Below, piece by piece: positions 36,632 to 50,900 of a DNA stretch of 64,000 nucleotides (its first letter is position 1; the number at the start of each line of letters is the position of its first letter). The stretch lies in the NCBI GenBank assembly GCA_043228905.1, contig JBHGNT010000015.1, positions 6,634,001-6,698,000 of the forward strand, read 5' to 3'. A program made the position numbers and the translations under genes. Source of the stretch: Azolla caroliniana (taxonomy: Eukaryota > Plantae > Polypodiophyta). The notes beneath the pieces are model-generated. The model ran no database searches, was not told the origin of the DNA, and worked only from the letters and a program-made list of their open reading frames with translations.

Positions 36632-39600
36632 TTATGCTGGCCTAAATCCATGTCTCATAGCTGCCTCCCAAACAACATCGATACGATCGACATCCAAGGC
36701 ACCAACCTCATTGTGTGTCCAACCTTCCAATGCATGGACAACACCGCCCGCATGGCATGCATGCACAACATTTCTATCCAAGGTGTACTAATAGCAAACA
36801 ACAAATGACAAACATGAAGTTTAAAGATATAGTTATTTTGAACATAGTTTATCATTAGAGGTGTCTTTTTAAGAGTGCAAATGCTTGTGTATATAGAGAG
36901 CCTGCTTTTATTTAATATAATTTAACGAAGCTCACAAGATATAATTGTGCAATGTACCTCACAAGATGCCAAGCCCCTTGTATTAGGTGGGAGCCTCATC
37001 GCCGCAAGTGCACCATATGTGCAATCCCTTCGAAATGGTATGACTGGAGGCACCACAAACTGATGGAAATGTGTCCCTGGCGGAGCAAACATTTGATCCG
37101 AGTATGTGGTCCACTTCCCAAGTATCCATGTCTAAACACATAAAAGCACATAATTAATTGCATACTTAGACCTAATATGACACATCTAGATCAATAATTC
37201 CACAATGTAAAGACCAAATTGTGAAGTTGTATTACAAAAGAATTAAAAAGGATATTGATATCCACCTTGCAGTTCTTTCCGGCTTGATGCTTCGTGACTT
37301 GCACAAGGTTGTGGCGAAACTCAGCAGGTGACTCAGATGTGATGATTTCGAAACGCTTCCTCGACTCCGTGAGCATCTAAATGCACATAAATCTAAGATA
37401 TGGATGGATGTTTCATACCAAATTAGTTATGAAGACAAAAAGGTACTCGAGGCTTACCAAAACTCTTACTCCTTTTCGGCAAAGATACAATGCTATTGCC
37501 CGTCCAAGCTTGGAAGTTGCTCCAGTCAAGAAAACCTCGGTCACATGGTCTGGGATTTCTTTGATAATGACGGCTGCAGTAAGTGTGTTGCCATGACAAA
37601 CTCGAATATTCAAGTTAGGATGTTTCATCACAAAGAGATTCCCACCACCATTAAGAGCTTCATTCTGTGTAGGAAAAAACCACAAACCTCCAACCATGAA
37701 GCCTCAAAGTTGCTTATTCTTAAACCCTAAATGAAATAGACAATGTATAGTCCCAAGGAGCACACACCTTGTTTAAAGCTGCCAAGCTGAGCACTTTGAC
37801 ACCCATTCTATCGGCATCAAGGATTGCTTTCTCAATTAGATTGTTGATGTTATTTCGTGCGAAGGGCAAAAAGTACTACAAATGAACGACAAAAAGGAAA
37901 GGAAATGAGAAAGGAAAAGGCTTAAGTATAAGAATTGTCATTCTCTTAGATAGGACGGTTACATCAACCCATCATAAGGTAAGTGCTTCAACCCATTTGA
38001 ATTCGTTTGTTGAATGTCGTGTAATTACTAGAAAAGTGCAATGCCCTATCAATATACCTTTTTTCAAAAAGAGATTGATTTTATGCCCAGTTATCTACTA
38101 GGAGTTGGGAATGAATACAATTCATCTAAATCTTAGGAATAAATTCTACAGATGGAGGGTCAACCAAACATATATCCTCCCTAATAAAGAGGTGGGGGAA
38201 ACCTAGCACACCACCCATATCCATTAATGTGTTAGGACACCCATTCATGTATTATGGCAAACTATTATGTGCATTGTTGAAGAACGTTAGATGAGGATTA
38301 AAAAGTGAAAAAGTCATGGGTAGCGCAATAAATGACAAAAGGTAGTTGTAGAAAAGAGGTTGTTGGTTGGGTGAAGGGGGGGAAGTCCATAAAAGGAAAA
38401 GCATGAAAAAGAGGAGGGGGTGGGTTTTGGGACCCTACACAAGGTGTCACTCCCTTTATTTTGTTTTGTTGGGTGGGAAATGATTAGGAATGACCAAACC
38501 GATGCAAAATTCACAATAAATGCACGATGGGAAGAAGCTATGGAAGATGATGGGCATTATGATGGATCAAGAATTTTAGAAAAGAAAAGTAAAAAAGTAA
38601 AGTAAAAACAGAAGTTTTAAAGAAAAAGAGAGAAATTTAAATGTACTTAGTAACAAGAGAGGAGACTTAAAAAGGAAATAAAACATATGGATCTAAATTT
38701 ATATCCATAAAGGAGAGGGGAATATATGTACTTACTTAAGAAAGTTACACATCATTAGGTTTTTTCTTTTACTTCATGTATGATGCCAAAAGAGTTTTAG
38801 ATCACTTTGTCGCAATGATTATGATCATATAATTTCTTGTTGAAGGTTTTGTTATAAGTGCTTGTCATTGGGTGATGAAATAGATACACACACATGAGAG
38901 ATGTAGAGATAGTTGTGTATACCATGAAACCAAAGCGTGGGATGAGACGAATTTGGTGGAATCGGTTGTCGAGGTAGTAATTCCATCCTTTGAAAGGCTT
39001 ACCCCATATCCACATGGCAATGGCGACAGGGATGACGAAAGGCCAGATGGGGATGAGGAAGAGGAGGGTTCGATAGCCATGCGATGCGAATGCACGGAAC
39101 AAGAAATGCACATGGAGGCACGAGAGGAAGTCGACCGCGTGTAGCAAGAACACATAGTCGGGAACGCGTGTCACCCTCTCTGTGTTAGAAGAGCAACCCA
39201 CATTGGAATGAAAAGGCACAAGTGTGAACACGAGAAACAAAATGAGACTTTAATGAAAATGTTAAAATGTGTGTGTGTGTGTGTGTGTATCCAAATACCA
39301 CACCTTTGAGTTCTTTGAGGAAGGCTTCTCGATTTTTGCTCACTGTCCCAAACATGTAGTCGTAGATGGGCATGAATAGGCAATAGTTCGAATCCCGCTC
39401 TTCGTGATGTAGTGTGTGATACCTGCCCCACACAAAGAAAACCACACACAAAACACATTCAATATAGTATCTATTTTTATGTGGCTTCTTTTAGCTATAA
39501 CTTATCACCAAACTATGTATACATACATATATAAGTATGTAATCATTCCTCGATTAGAGCTATTATTACTATTAATATTATTATTGGCAATTTTCCTCCA

Positions 39601-42317
39601 CGTGCGTGTTTTGTGGATTTGAATCCCATGCGGCCATGCAAAAAAGAAAGGAACCCAACAAATCTAGGATTTTTTTATTTCCTTCATTATATTCTCTCCG
39701 AGAAACTAACCCACACATTTTGATTTCTTATTTTCCCACCATTGTCCACACCTTTTTTGTTTATGTATAGTTTACCCACCAATGTCGCTCCAATTTCCCA
39801 TTGAACTCACTTCTTTTCTGGACTATGATTTCCCTCGGACTCTCGGGTCATCCGCCCGATCCTCCCACAGGTTTTTTCACAACTCGAAGAAACCAACAAT
39901 TAAGAAGAAACCTACGCACATTACCTCCACATTGCTCGCCCAATTACGCTTAAAAAAAAACCGTTTCTGAGACAAAACTTCCCTTCGCCATTTGCCCACG
40001 ATTCTCGTCATGGAATCAAGAAGAGGACCTAGATGTGTCTCGGAACTAGGGAGTTTGAACACCATGATTCTACACTATTGTACCTTTTTCCCAACCTAGT
40101 TTCCGGGGATACGATTGGAAACTACGATTTGCCCGCATTATCTATTCAAATTCCCCTCATCCTCCTCAACCCACGGATGAGCACATATTGTCTGGGTGGT
40201 GGGCACATGGGCGAATACCGAGCCAAGTGGGGGCAACCAATGATTACATCTGCCCCCAAGTCTTCCCTTTCACTTTCTATGTCTTCTCCTCCCCCCTCCC
40301 ACACACCACTACCACCAATGATGGTATGCCCATAACCTTTGAAAATGACTCTTTTTTCCAAAGGTTATGTGTGGACATTAGTAATATGACTTTTAATTGG
40401 GATGTTGATGGTGGCCCTAGGCAAGGCAAGGCATGGCATTGCACCACCTCACTTCCAAAGAAATTAATGAAGAAGAAGACGAAGATCAAGATCCTTCACA
40501 AGACCTATCTATCACTTAATTATGTATGTATGTATGTATGTATATATGTATGTATGTATGTATGTATATTTTGATTGAGATTTGAAAAGGGTGAAGAGAA
40601 TTATGAGTTTTTACGATGGGGTGTAGATGAGGTATTTGATGAGTGGGAACTTGGCTAGGAAGCTTGGGGAGAACATCTCTGCATTGCAGTGGCCCATTGA
40701 TCTCATGCAATCGAAGAGCAGCACATATGTGTATAAAGTGGTCAATGATCCTTGCCCCATCATGCTCCCGCCTACGATCGGCACCGCCATTATCATCACC
40801 ATGCTTAATTGCTCCATAAATGTGCTCAATCCAGCTGTAAATCAGGAATAATCAGAAGAAACTGTGTTAATCATGATTCTCCTTTTGAAAATCCGATTCC
40901 TGTACACATTTATCATATTATAAAAATGATGCATATATGCATGTATGTTTGATTTCTCTCTATGAAATCATCATCATCTTTGATTTAATCTCTTGAAACC
41001 ATCCTATCTTTGATTTAATCTCTTGAAACCATCCTATCTTTGATTTAATCTCGTCAAATCAGATATGATTTCAAATCGGGAGAGAAAGAAAAGAAAGAAA
41101 TGTATGTTTGATTTCTCTCTATGAAATCATCATCATCTTTGATTTAATCACTTGAAACCATCCTATCTTTGATTTAATCTCGACAAATCAGATATGATTT
41201 CAAATCGAGAGAGAAAGAAAGAAAGAAAGAGAACATACTAGATGATTCATGAGTGAATCGATTAATCAGAATCAGAATCAAATTAATTCGCTCAGGGGTT
41301 TCTCTGCATTCATTTTGGCGTGATTCTGATAGGGGATAAAGGATGCAACTTACGAGTTGAGGGCTCAGGTGTGACAGACTCGTGATGGAGCTTATGGTAT
41401 CTCTCGAACATTGGGGCGGAGTGCAAGAATCTGTGAAACCAGTAATATATCATCTCTGCAGGGCCTGTATGCAGGAGAAGAGTCATCAATAGACCGCTCC
41501 CTTGCCACACAGGAGCGCCTTTCAGAAACCCTAGCCATGAATGGGCGCCAAACAGCACGAGCGCTTGCAGAAGATGATGATCATCGCTGCATTTCACAAG
41601 GGAAAAAAAAAACAGAAAAACGAGATTACAGAACAGAAAAAAGAAAAGAAAGAAAAAGAAAAAGAAACCATACATGGAATCTAAGAGCATTGATCAAATC
41701 CTAGTTGAAAGATTGAACTGTAAGAATAAGCTGTTTTATTTTGGGGGGGTACCAATGCCATTCTCGATCGACTTGTGCATAGCTCAATCCTTGGGGACGG
41801 ATCTGGATGGATTCAGTGAGGGGCAAGAAGCGAGAAAACGTCTGCCATAGCTGATACAGCAGCAGACGTGCAGCGGTAAGGGTAAGTATATGAAGGTAGA
41901 AGTTCTGCGAGATCGGAGTCTTCTCCTGTTCAAAGCTCGAATATGCAGCCCACGCGATCGGGAGATAGAGCAGATACTACCAGAAAAATTGTAAAAAAAA
42001 GAAGAAGGAAGAATAAATTTAAAATTTGTTTCCAAGATCAAGAATCGAAAGGATTCAGGGTCAGAATTAACACCATCAAGAATCAATAGCAAAAAAAAAA
42101 ACCCCAATGATTTATTATTCTTTTTTGATGGTTTTTATTTGCTGTTGCTGTTATTGTTGCGAATCTATCTATCTATCTATCTATCTATCTAGATAATAGA
42201 TAGATAGATAGATTCTATGTATATATATAGATTATATGTATATATATATACCTTGAAGCATCCCATCCATCGCCATGGCCAAGAATAGAGAGGGGCAGGA
42301 GCAGAAGATAAGGCCAT
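36632..42317 (-). CDS. CER3: ECERIFERUM3/WAX2/GL1-type very-long-chain acyl-CoA reductase subunit of the alkane-forming complex, 624 aa. Exons: 42317-42252, 41976-41753, 41586-41354, 40834-40615, 39422-39304, 39179-38923, 37875-37768, 37664-37458, 37376-37266, 37131-36958, 36787-36632
   Basis: Eleven GT-AG exons join in frame (1875 nt). Motifs: WPW...FKYLLY, His boxes HRFLH, HKLHH and [39 protein letters not shown] (nucleotide-binding motif), HFHQFVVPP and VHACHAGG. These are CER3-type rather than CER1-type. Confidence 0.95.
40941..41225. repeat. ~160-bp tandem duplication in CER3 intron 3
   Basis: ATGTATGTTTGATTTCTCTCTATGAAATCATCATCATC occurs twice, with an internal 30-bp sub-repeat. Confidence 0.85.
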
Positions 42318-42541
42318 GGGGGATTGATTGATACTTAGAAACGAAATGCTGCGTTAGGGGGGGGGGGGGGGGGGGGGGGGGGATCAAAATCGTCTTCTTC
42401 TGTACGTCTAGCAAAGAAGGCGATCAATTTGATGATTTCTCTTCTCAATCACTCCCCACCCCCTTTATATCAAGTGTTCACTACCTCACTCACACACACA
42501 CACACACACACACTCTCTCTCTCTTCCTCTGTGTCTGTATA

Positions 42542-42577
<36 letters not shown>

Positions 42578-42604
42578 GTACCACACACACACACACACAC
42601 TATA

Positions 42605-42645
<41 letters not shown>

Positions 42646-43440
42646 GCGGAAGGCAATGGGTGATTGAATTATAAAGAAGAAGAAGAACGAAGAAGAAGAT
42701 GAATGAAGAAGAAGAAGCAGCTGTGAGAGTGATTGGGGGCATCAAAGGGGGGGCGGGGGGCTTCTTTTTTTTTCTTTCTATGTACTTTATATTTTCTTTC
42801 TTTCTTTCTTTTTATGGATTAATTTGGGTGAATTTTAGTGAAGGGAAGAAGATTGGGGGAGAAAGGGGGGGGGGGGTAATGGCTGGCAGTAATATATGTA
42901 GTAGTAAGTAAGTAAGTAAGTTAGTAGTAGTAGTAGTAGTAGTAGTAGTAATGGGTTCGAATCTACTCCCAGGCGGTTTAGCTCAATGTTTGATTTCCAG
43001 CATTGAAGGCGCAAAAGATTATAGATAGAGATTAGATAGCTTAGATACATTAGATAGATCATCATATAGATAGATAGAACAGGAGGAGGAGAAGAAGAAG
43101 GAGGTGAGAAATGGACGGAGACACCCCAACACCTCTCTCTCTCTCTCTCTCTCTAATCTTCTTGCCTACCTTACCTTAATAATAGTAGTGTCTTCATGTA
43201 TGTATGTATGTATGTATGTATGTATGTAGTACATACATACCATATACTGTATACATATGTGTCCACACACACTCTTCACTCTCCTCTACCTCCAATTCAA
43301 TTCCTCCTGGCCTTCCATTTACAATTATACTCTTCATCATATACACATACACAATTATACTCTTCATACTATGTACACATACATACACATCATAAATGCG
43401 CGCACAACATCATGTTGTCTTTCCCCTCCGTCCCACTCAT

Positions 43441-43472
<32 letters not shown>

Positions 43473-43500
43473 TCTCTCTCTCTCTCTCTCTCGTGCCGTG
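42140..43500. repeat. Dense microsatellite cluster over the CER3 first intron, 5' UTR and promoter
   Basis: (ATCT)n, a G run, (CA)n, (TA)n, (GA)n, (GAA)n, (TAG)n and (TATG)n tracts. Confidence 0.9.
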
Positions 43501-46003
43501 AATGCCCATTTGCACCCCCCCCACACACCACCATGTCCATCATCACTTTTTTCCTTCCTTGTGTCCCCACACCTCGACAACCCATCTCTCATGTCGTGTT
43601 GACATCCCCATCCTGCGCATCGAGTCAAACCCCTTTGAGATGTATGTACGTACGCATTGCCCCATTCGTTACTCACTTCCCAAAAGCTTGCTCTTCTACC
43701 AGCCCATTGATCGCTCATGGGTCTCAATTCGTCATTTTCTCCATCGTGTCCCCCCCCCACCCCCTTGTTTCCACATATATAGCTTATACTCAGTGACATC
43801 GCCCAAACTATTGCCTTGGGGCGAGCAACCAACCATGGATGCAATTATGTTAATTCAAATGAGGGGGTTGTGTGGGTGCATAACTTTTCAAGACGGTAGG
43901 TCTACACACTCTCTCTAATCTCACCATGTCAAACCCGAAACCCATGGATAGCCGAAACTTATATTAGCCTTAAGTTTTTTATGTGACGTCTTTGTGAACT
44001 TTTTGCAAGTGACATAAGAAAAATGCGCTATTCTCATCCTGTGGTAGGATGTTTTATTGAGCATTGAATGGGAAATAGGAATGGTTCCCTAAATTTTAGA
44101 GAGGTGGGTGGGAAAGTTCCTTTAAAACTTTTCCAAACTTTCCTTTGAAGATTTGTAGAGATTGGAGTACATATTTTAGAAAACGTCAAAGACCTTTAGA
44201 ATGTAGGTTCCCAAATTTACTCACACACATTTTGACATGTACTAGCATGTGAGAAGTTAATCAATCTCCTACCTGTTTCTAATTCTCATCACATAATGGA
44301 GTTCCACAAAATTATTAGTCTCCTATCAGTTTCTATTTCCCATCATACAATGAAGTTTCCCACAATTATTAAGACACAGTTTGACATGTTCAAGTATGTA
44401 TGTAAAGTTGCTTTCCTACCGGCATTTATTTCTCATCATTTAATCGGGCGCTTATGATTAGAACCCCATTTTATTGCATACCTTGTTGTATAAGACAGAA
44501 ACACAGAATGACAATCCTACAAGTTATGTTCATGTAATCCTTGTCAAGTTAACCTTGGTAATACAATCCCACAAGAGAGATGCAAAAATGAGTTAGTTAT
44601 TCACCCACATGAGAGAGAGAGAGAGAGAGAGACCAAGAGGAAAGTATTTAATATTCTGAATTCATATTTATTTTACCTTATTGTTTTAAGTTCTATATAG
44701 AAATATGTCAACATGAGATCCTACTAATTATCAACATGCATAACGTGCATTTGAAATGAAACGCATTCATAAATGGATATCCTCAATTTTAACATTCTAC
44801 GATCGTATACGGTCATATGATCTGTCACTAGGACAACTAACAAGATCAATGAAAACTGACCAATGCGAGCCTAACAAAGACGCCCCATTTTAATACATAT
44901 TGTTCAAGTACTACACATTCATAGTGTTTACAATGAATTAGTACACCTGTTTCTAGCCATTAGACAAAGACATCTCATTTTAAAGCATATTGTTGAAGGT
45001 ATCACCTTTTATAGTTTTATCAATGTATTATATTACTTGCGGGAAACCTCAAAGTGTAGTGAAACTCCTCAAAGGAATAGTTACAAAATGTATGTTAGCC
45101 ATCTAATAGGGATGTGTAATTCGCAATACGAACATGCATTTACATATAAGGTTATCCATCCAAGCTAGGTGAGTTGGTATTAACTAGTTAGAAGACAACT
45201 TGAAGTAAAGTTAACGTAGTGAATTTTGACATTCATGAAAGAGTCATATTATACGAACTCGTTTGTTAATCCAGTTTTGTGCTATTTATGTTCAATATAA
45301 CCATCTTGTCTGTATGTTATTATGTTAATTTTGTTTTATGATTATCATTTTGTGTACAAAGCAATGTTAATATTTTAGATAATACTATGTCTCTAGCTTG
45401 GTTGATTGTTCTAGTGACCCACTCGATCCTAGTTTGACTTGCCACGTGTTAGGAGTTGAGAGTGTCTCAATAGTTGGGTTTATTTTCTTCAACTAGGAAA
45501 TAATCCTACAACTAGCTCTAATCTACTTGAGATCAACTAGGGGAGGACCAACCTCCGTTTTATATATTACGAATATATAATCCTTGACTTATAGGAATGC
45601 ATACCCTTGAGCTATGGAATATACAATACATGATTTTGCATAACTGACTTTAGAATACATGTTCATAATTCGTAACCTATTGGATATATGCATTGTGGCG
45701 TTCCTCCTAGCTTCAAGAGGCAATAAACCCAATTACTATATGTGGCGGGGATGTGATGATGGGTGTTAGAGATTTATGCTATGTCCCTCCTTACATTTAA
45801 GCGTCTTCAAACTTTAACGTGAACGAAGGACAAAGTCTACAAGGTTTAAAACCCATCATTCTCCTATGATACTAATAGAAAACAATTGTAGAATTGTTAA
45901 TCATAATTTTTTCTTTCGATATCCTTTTTTTTAAATAGCTATATGAAGAATACTATTTGAGTTTGTCCACTAAATCATTAGACCAACATGGCAAATAATC
46001 AAG

Positions 46004-46028
46004 TTTAGGGTTTAGGGTTTAGGGTTTA
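46004..46028. repeat. Short plant telomere-type repeat (TTTAGGG)3TTTA
   Basis: Read directly. Confidence 0.85.
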
Positions 46029-46388
46029 CCACGTAGTACTTAAATTTATGCAAGTGCACTAAGGTTTAACAATACACAACACTTACATGAGGTAGTGGTT
46101 TGTCAATCCTTGTGCTTATGTTGGTTATTGTGCTCGCAAGACACTCGCTTTCATTGATATGGAAACTATGTGGTTGGACGCTTGCATGGACACTCAACTT
46201 GGATTACAAGTGATGGGTTGTTGCTCTAGGTAGAAGTTGTTATTTAAATACATACATGAAACTTCGAGTGAACGTCATCCCACATCACGTAGACACTCTA
46301 AGTAGTGTTTTTTCATTTTGGTGGATCCTCTTCTCTAAGTAGGCACACTTGTTCAATGAAATTATTGTTTTTCCTTTAGTACGATGTC

Positions 46389-47653
46389 TGTTATGGGCAT
46401 GACCATATAATATCCCGTGGTGAGAATGTACCGTAGTATTCTATACACGTGGATAAAGTGTGAGGGTTAAACGAGAGTGTAAAGAAGGGGAGGATTACTT
46501 TTAATCCTTGGGATTGAGACAACCCATTAGGCCAAGTGTGAACTTGCATGGGGGCCTTGGGTCTGGCTCTAAATATGAGGGCTAGCTACCCTCATTTCAT
46601 CATCTCTTGACTACGTCGAGACTCCGTTTTTGTGGTGGGTCAACTCTTGTAGTGAGCACGCCAGCACCAAGTACGACTCGACGCCACGACGGTGGTATGG
46701 GACGCCGATCGAGGCTCGAGTCCGTCTCGATCCCTTCGCTCAGGGGTGGTCGGGTGGATCGACACCCTTCTTTCTCTCTCTCCTTTCTTATTAATCTATC
46801 TTTGTTATCCTTATCATATGCTTACTTTAGAACATAATTGTAATAGTTGGTATCAAAGCCATGTTTCTAATGTTTCGTTTGTTGATTGATTTCTTTTGAT
46901 GGATGACGATTGATCGGTGTGCGGTCAACCTTGATTCAGAAAGGCATTAACAAGCGAACTTCAGAACTCTTTCTGATTTATTTTTCTATTCTTTCTTCTC
47001 CCAATCTAATCATGTATATTCAATATGTATTTTTTTCATTTATTCAATGATGTTGCGGTGGTAATAATTGGTTGTATAAAACGTATACATATGTGTATGA
47101 GATCAATACCTCATTTGACATATATTTCATATGTGATTCGTATCGTATGCGTATGAGGTTAATACCTCAATTGCGTATTACGTTCACATACATATGTTAT
47201 GTATGCGTATGAGGTGAATAACTCGATTTCTATGTAAATGATATGCGATTGGTGTCGTATGCGTAAGAGGTCAATACCTCAATTGCAATTACGTTCACCC
47301 TTATTTTTGGATGTTTCGTGTGTGTAGAGGCTATATGCCTCGATTACGTTCTCAATTTCATAATTTGTTAACTATTTTATCTTACGCTTTTTTTTTAGTA
47401 CACGCATGTGTGGTCACGTGTATACGTATTTGATCGTATACATGTGATAAACATACATATTTGTATATTAGTCATTACGTGATTTTGTATATCGAATGTT
47501 GTCCTTTTCGGGGAAAGGATCTTGGTGGCCGTCGTCACATTTTTGTGAGAATGGCGTTGTCACCATCCATTTTTCGACAATTTTTTGTTGTCATCCCCGT
47601 TGGTCACTTCGATTTCACTACGCATTATAATGATACGATCATAGCCACAATGA
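46389..47653 (+). mobile_element. Element D: 5' LTR (46389-46845), PBS and leader of an LTR retrotransposon, cut by element C
   Basis: The LTR matches the solo LTR at 8470-8926. TGGTATCAAAGCC (tRNA-iMet-type PBS) lies at 46848-46860. The leader has degenerate ~60-65-bp repeats. Confidence 0.8.
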
Positions 47654-47912
47654 TGTTGAGAGCGTACGGCTTGACCCACTGACGCGGGAATGACGGTCGG
47701 CCACAACCGAGTCTTAAACAACGAATGGAAGAGAACAAACTGAAAATAAGGTGACATAGAATGTTAACGTGGAAAAACCCTAAATGGGAAAAAACCACGG
47801 GAGCCCACAGACTCCAACTATCACTATGAGGGGAGGAATACAATGTGAGACTCAGAGGCAATGACCTCGAGCTCTATGTCTTCGCCATCCGGCGGTTACA
47901 ACAGAAAACTAG

Positions 47913-47950
<38 letters not shown>

Positions 47951-50900
47951 GTGTACAATGATGATGCAACCACTACTACACCATCATCTTCTAAAGTGAT
48001 TGCCCTAAGTCATATTTATACTTATATGACTTTTGGTCTATTTACAAATATAGCCTCAATAGGCTAACCATGAAACATATTTACACATATGTCCTTGGAT
48101 CAGGTTTGCACTGGATCCATCGGGATTCACTCGATCCGGTTTCCGAGTTTCATCCGGAACCCTTCCGGATCCGGTTCCTTCATCCGACTCGTCTGATCCG
48201 GTTCCTCTGGTTCTCATCCGGAGGATCCGAATTCCCAACAAACTCCCCCTTCACTTCGGCATAGGATATCTCATTAATCTGATCCGTTTCCGACACGTGC
48301 CCAGTTTGTCAGCTGACATCACCTTGGTTAGCATACCCGATCCGTTCTCCTTTGTATGGATCTTCGTCAGCACGAAGTCTTGATCTTCCACTCTCTCTCG
48401 GATCCAGTGATACCTCTGTTGGATGTGCTTCGTCCGGGAATGGTAGGCCGCATTCTTCGCAAGATGAATGACACTTTGACTATCGCGGTAGAGCCGGAAT
48501 TCCTCCTGCCGGATTCCTAGCTCGCCAATGAAGTCCTTCATCTAGATTATCTCCTTGCCGGCTTCCACAACTGCTATGTACTCTGTTTCCATTGTCGACA
48601 TTGCAACGCACTTCTGAAGCCTTGACTACCATGATACAACTCCCCCTGAATAAGTCATGACATATCCGGATGTAGACCAGTTGGTATCCGAATCGGCCGA
48701 CATATCCGAATCCTTGAATCCGTCAAGTTGGGGTTTACCGGAGGCACATACTTGAGGTGCCTTTCAGATACTGGTGTATCCACTTCACCGCGTTCCAATG
48801 CTCTCTTCCCGGATTGCTCATGAACCGGTTGACTACTCCGACAACATATGCAATATCCGACCGGGTGCACACCATTGCGTACATTGGGCTTCCGACGGCA
48901 GAGGCATATGGTATCTTCGTCATAACCGACTTCTCTGCCTTTGTCTTTGGGGTCTGCTTTCCGGACAACTTGCAATTTGCCGGAAGTGTCGATCCGACCG
49001 GTTTCGCCTCCGACATGTTGAACCTTTGAAGCACCTTTGTCACGTACTTCTCCTAGGACAACCACAACAACTTCTCCGACCGGTCCCAGATTATGTGCAT
49101 CCCTAATATCTGTCTTGCCGAACCCAAATCTTTCATTGAGAAAGTCTGGTTCAGGGCCTTCTTTAGCATTCGAATCTTGATTCGGTCTCGTCCGACGATC
49201 ACCATGTCGTCCACATATAGCAGGAGTATCAAGAAGTCGCCTCCTTCAAATTTCTTCACGAACACACAGTGGTCAGCTTGCGTCTTGTGGTACCCTTGGT
49301 CGGTCATGAAGGAGTCGAACTTCCGGTACCATTGCCAGGGGGTTGCTTCATTCAATCCATATAACCTCTTCTTCAGCCGACACACCAATTGCTCCTTCCC
49401 TTTCTTCTCAAATCCTTCTGGTTGATGCATGTAGATATATTCTTCGAGGTCGCCTTGTAGGAATGCCGTCTTGACGTCCAGTTGCTCTACCTCGAGCTCC
49501 ATGCTTGCCACTATGCTCAATACCGTCCGGATGGATGTCATCTTTACTACCGGGCAAAGATCTCGTCGAAATCCACTCCCTTCTTCTGCTGGAAACCCTT
49601 CACCACAATACGGACCTTGTATCTCGGTGGATTTCCAGCGTCTCCCGGTTTCAGCTTATACACCCACTTGTTCTGGAGTTCCCTCTTTCCTTTCAGCAAC
49701 TCCGCCAGTTCGTATGTGTGGTTCTCATGAAGGGAATCCATCTCGTCCTGCATGGCATTGAATCACTTGCGGATGTGGGTATCATTCTTTGCTTCTTTGA
49801 AGCTTTCCCGCTCCCCCTCGTTGGTCAACAACACATGCTCTGCATTTGGAAATTTCCGGGGGCTCTTCTCTCTGTAAGAGGGTATCTTCGTCCTTGGTTT
49901 TTGACTACCAGTTCCTCTGTTTGTTCTTCTTCTTCTGAGGGGGAATCTGATTCGAGGTCTTGTCCGGTTCCGATGTCTCCTTCTCCTTCTTCGGTCAGTT
50001 CGGTTTCTTGTCCGAATCCGGCCGGTTCATCGAGTGTCAATTTGTTACCGGCTAACTTTCGGTTTTCAACTGGTGTCCTCAAACCGGTTTTCATTGGATG
50101 ATCTAGAGTTCTTCACCTTCTTCTCTGACTCCCAGTCAGCAATGGTCCTGTCTTCCATGAAGACTATATCCCGACTCCGAAACATCTTCTTGTCGACCAG
50201 GTCCTACACTCGATAACCAAACTCATCATCACCATGTACAGGGAATATGCATGGTCGGGATTTTGGATCCAACTTTGCTCTTTTGTCCTTTGCAATATGC
50301 ACATATGCGAGACACCCGTCCATACCGGTCCATACTCTTTGTGGTGTGTCTCCTTCCAAGGGTGCCGAGGGTTACCTGTTAATCACGTACGTCACCGTGA
50401 TCAACGCCTCAACCCAAAACGTCTTGGGTAACTTTGCATGTGCTAGGATGCTTCAGACTCTCTCCATTATGGTCAGGTTCATCCGTTCGGCCAACTCGTT
50501 CAATTCCAGTGTCTTCGGTACGGTGAATTCGAGCAAGATTCCCTTTGACCAACAATACTCCTCAAACTGCCCCTGGTATTCTCCTTTGTTATCTGCTCGA
50601 ACTGCCTTCAACTTCCGGCCGGTTTCTCTTTCCACCCTCGCGTGGAGCTCCTTGAAGACGAACAACAACTGATCCTTCGTCTTCAACGGTGAGACCCACA
50701 ACTTCCGGCTGTGGTCGTCTATGAACTTCACGAAGTATTGCGATCCGGCGCGTGACTTCATGTCGACTTGACACACATTGGTATGCACCAGTTCTAGTGG
50801 TGCATTCTGTCTCATTGGTGGTCTTGACCGGAAGGAGGTTTGGTTTTGCTTGCTGGCCAAGCAATCGGTGTGCTTTTGAAGATGCACTTCTTTCACCTCC

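Noticed and set aside
39780-40500. L1 ORF1-like fragment in CER3 intron 4
   Set aside because: RIVGKW...NW...GFFLIV is only suggestive, and no boundaries were found.
36632-42317. Calling the wax gene CER1
   Set aside because: The diagnostic motifs ([33 protein letters not shown]) are those of CER3/WAX2.
42952-42990. tRNA gene (GGTTCGAATC and TAGCTCA motifs)
   Set aside because: The boxes are in the wrong order and no cloverleaf can be drawn.
42470-43918. Many ORFs rich in SL, HT, ER and YV repeats
   Set aside because: Translations of microsatellites.
45388-45560. tRNA-derived SINE
   Set aside because: Only weak A/B-box resemblance, and no TSD or second copy in the window.
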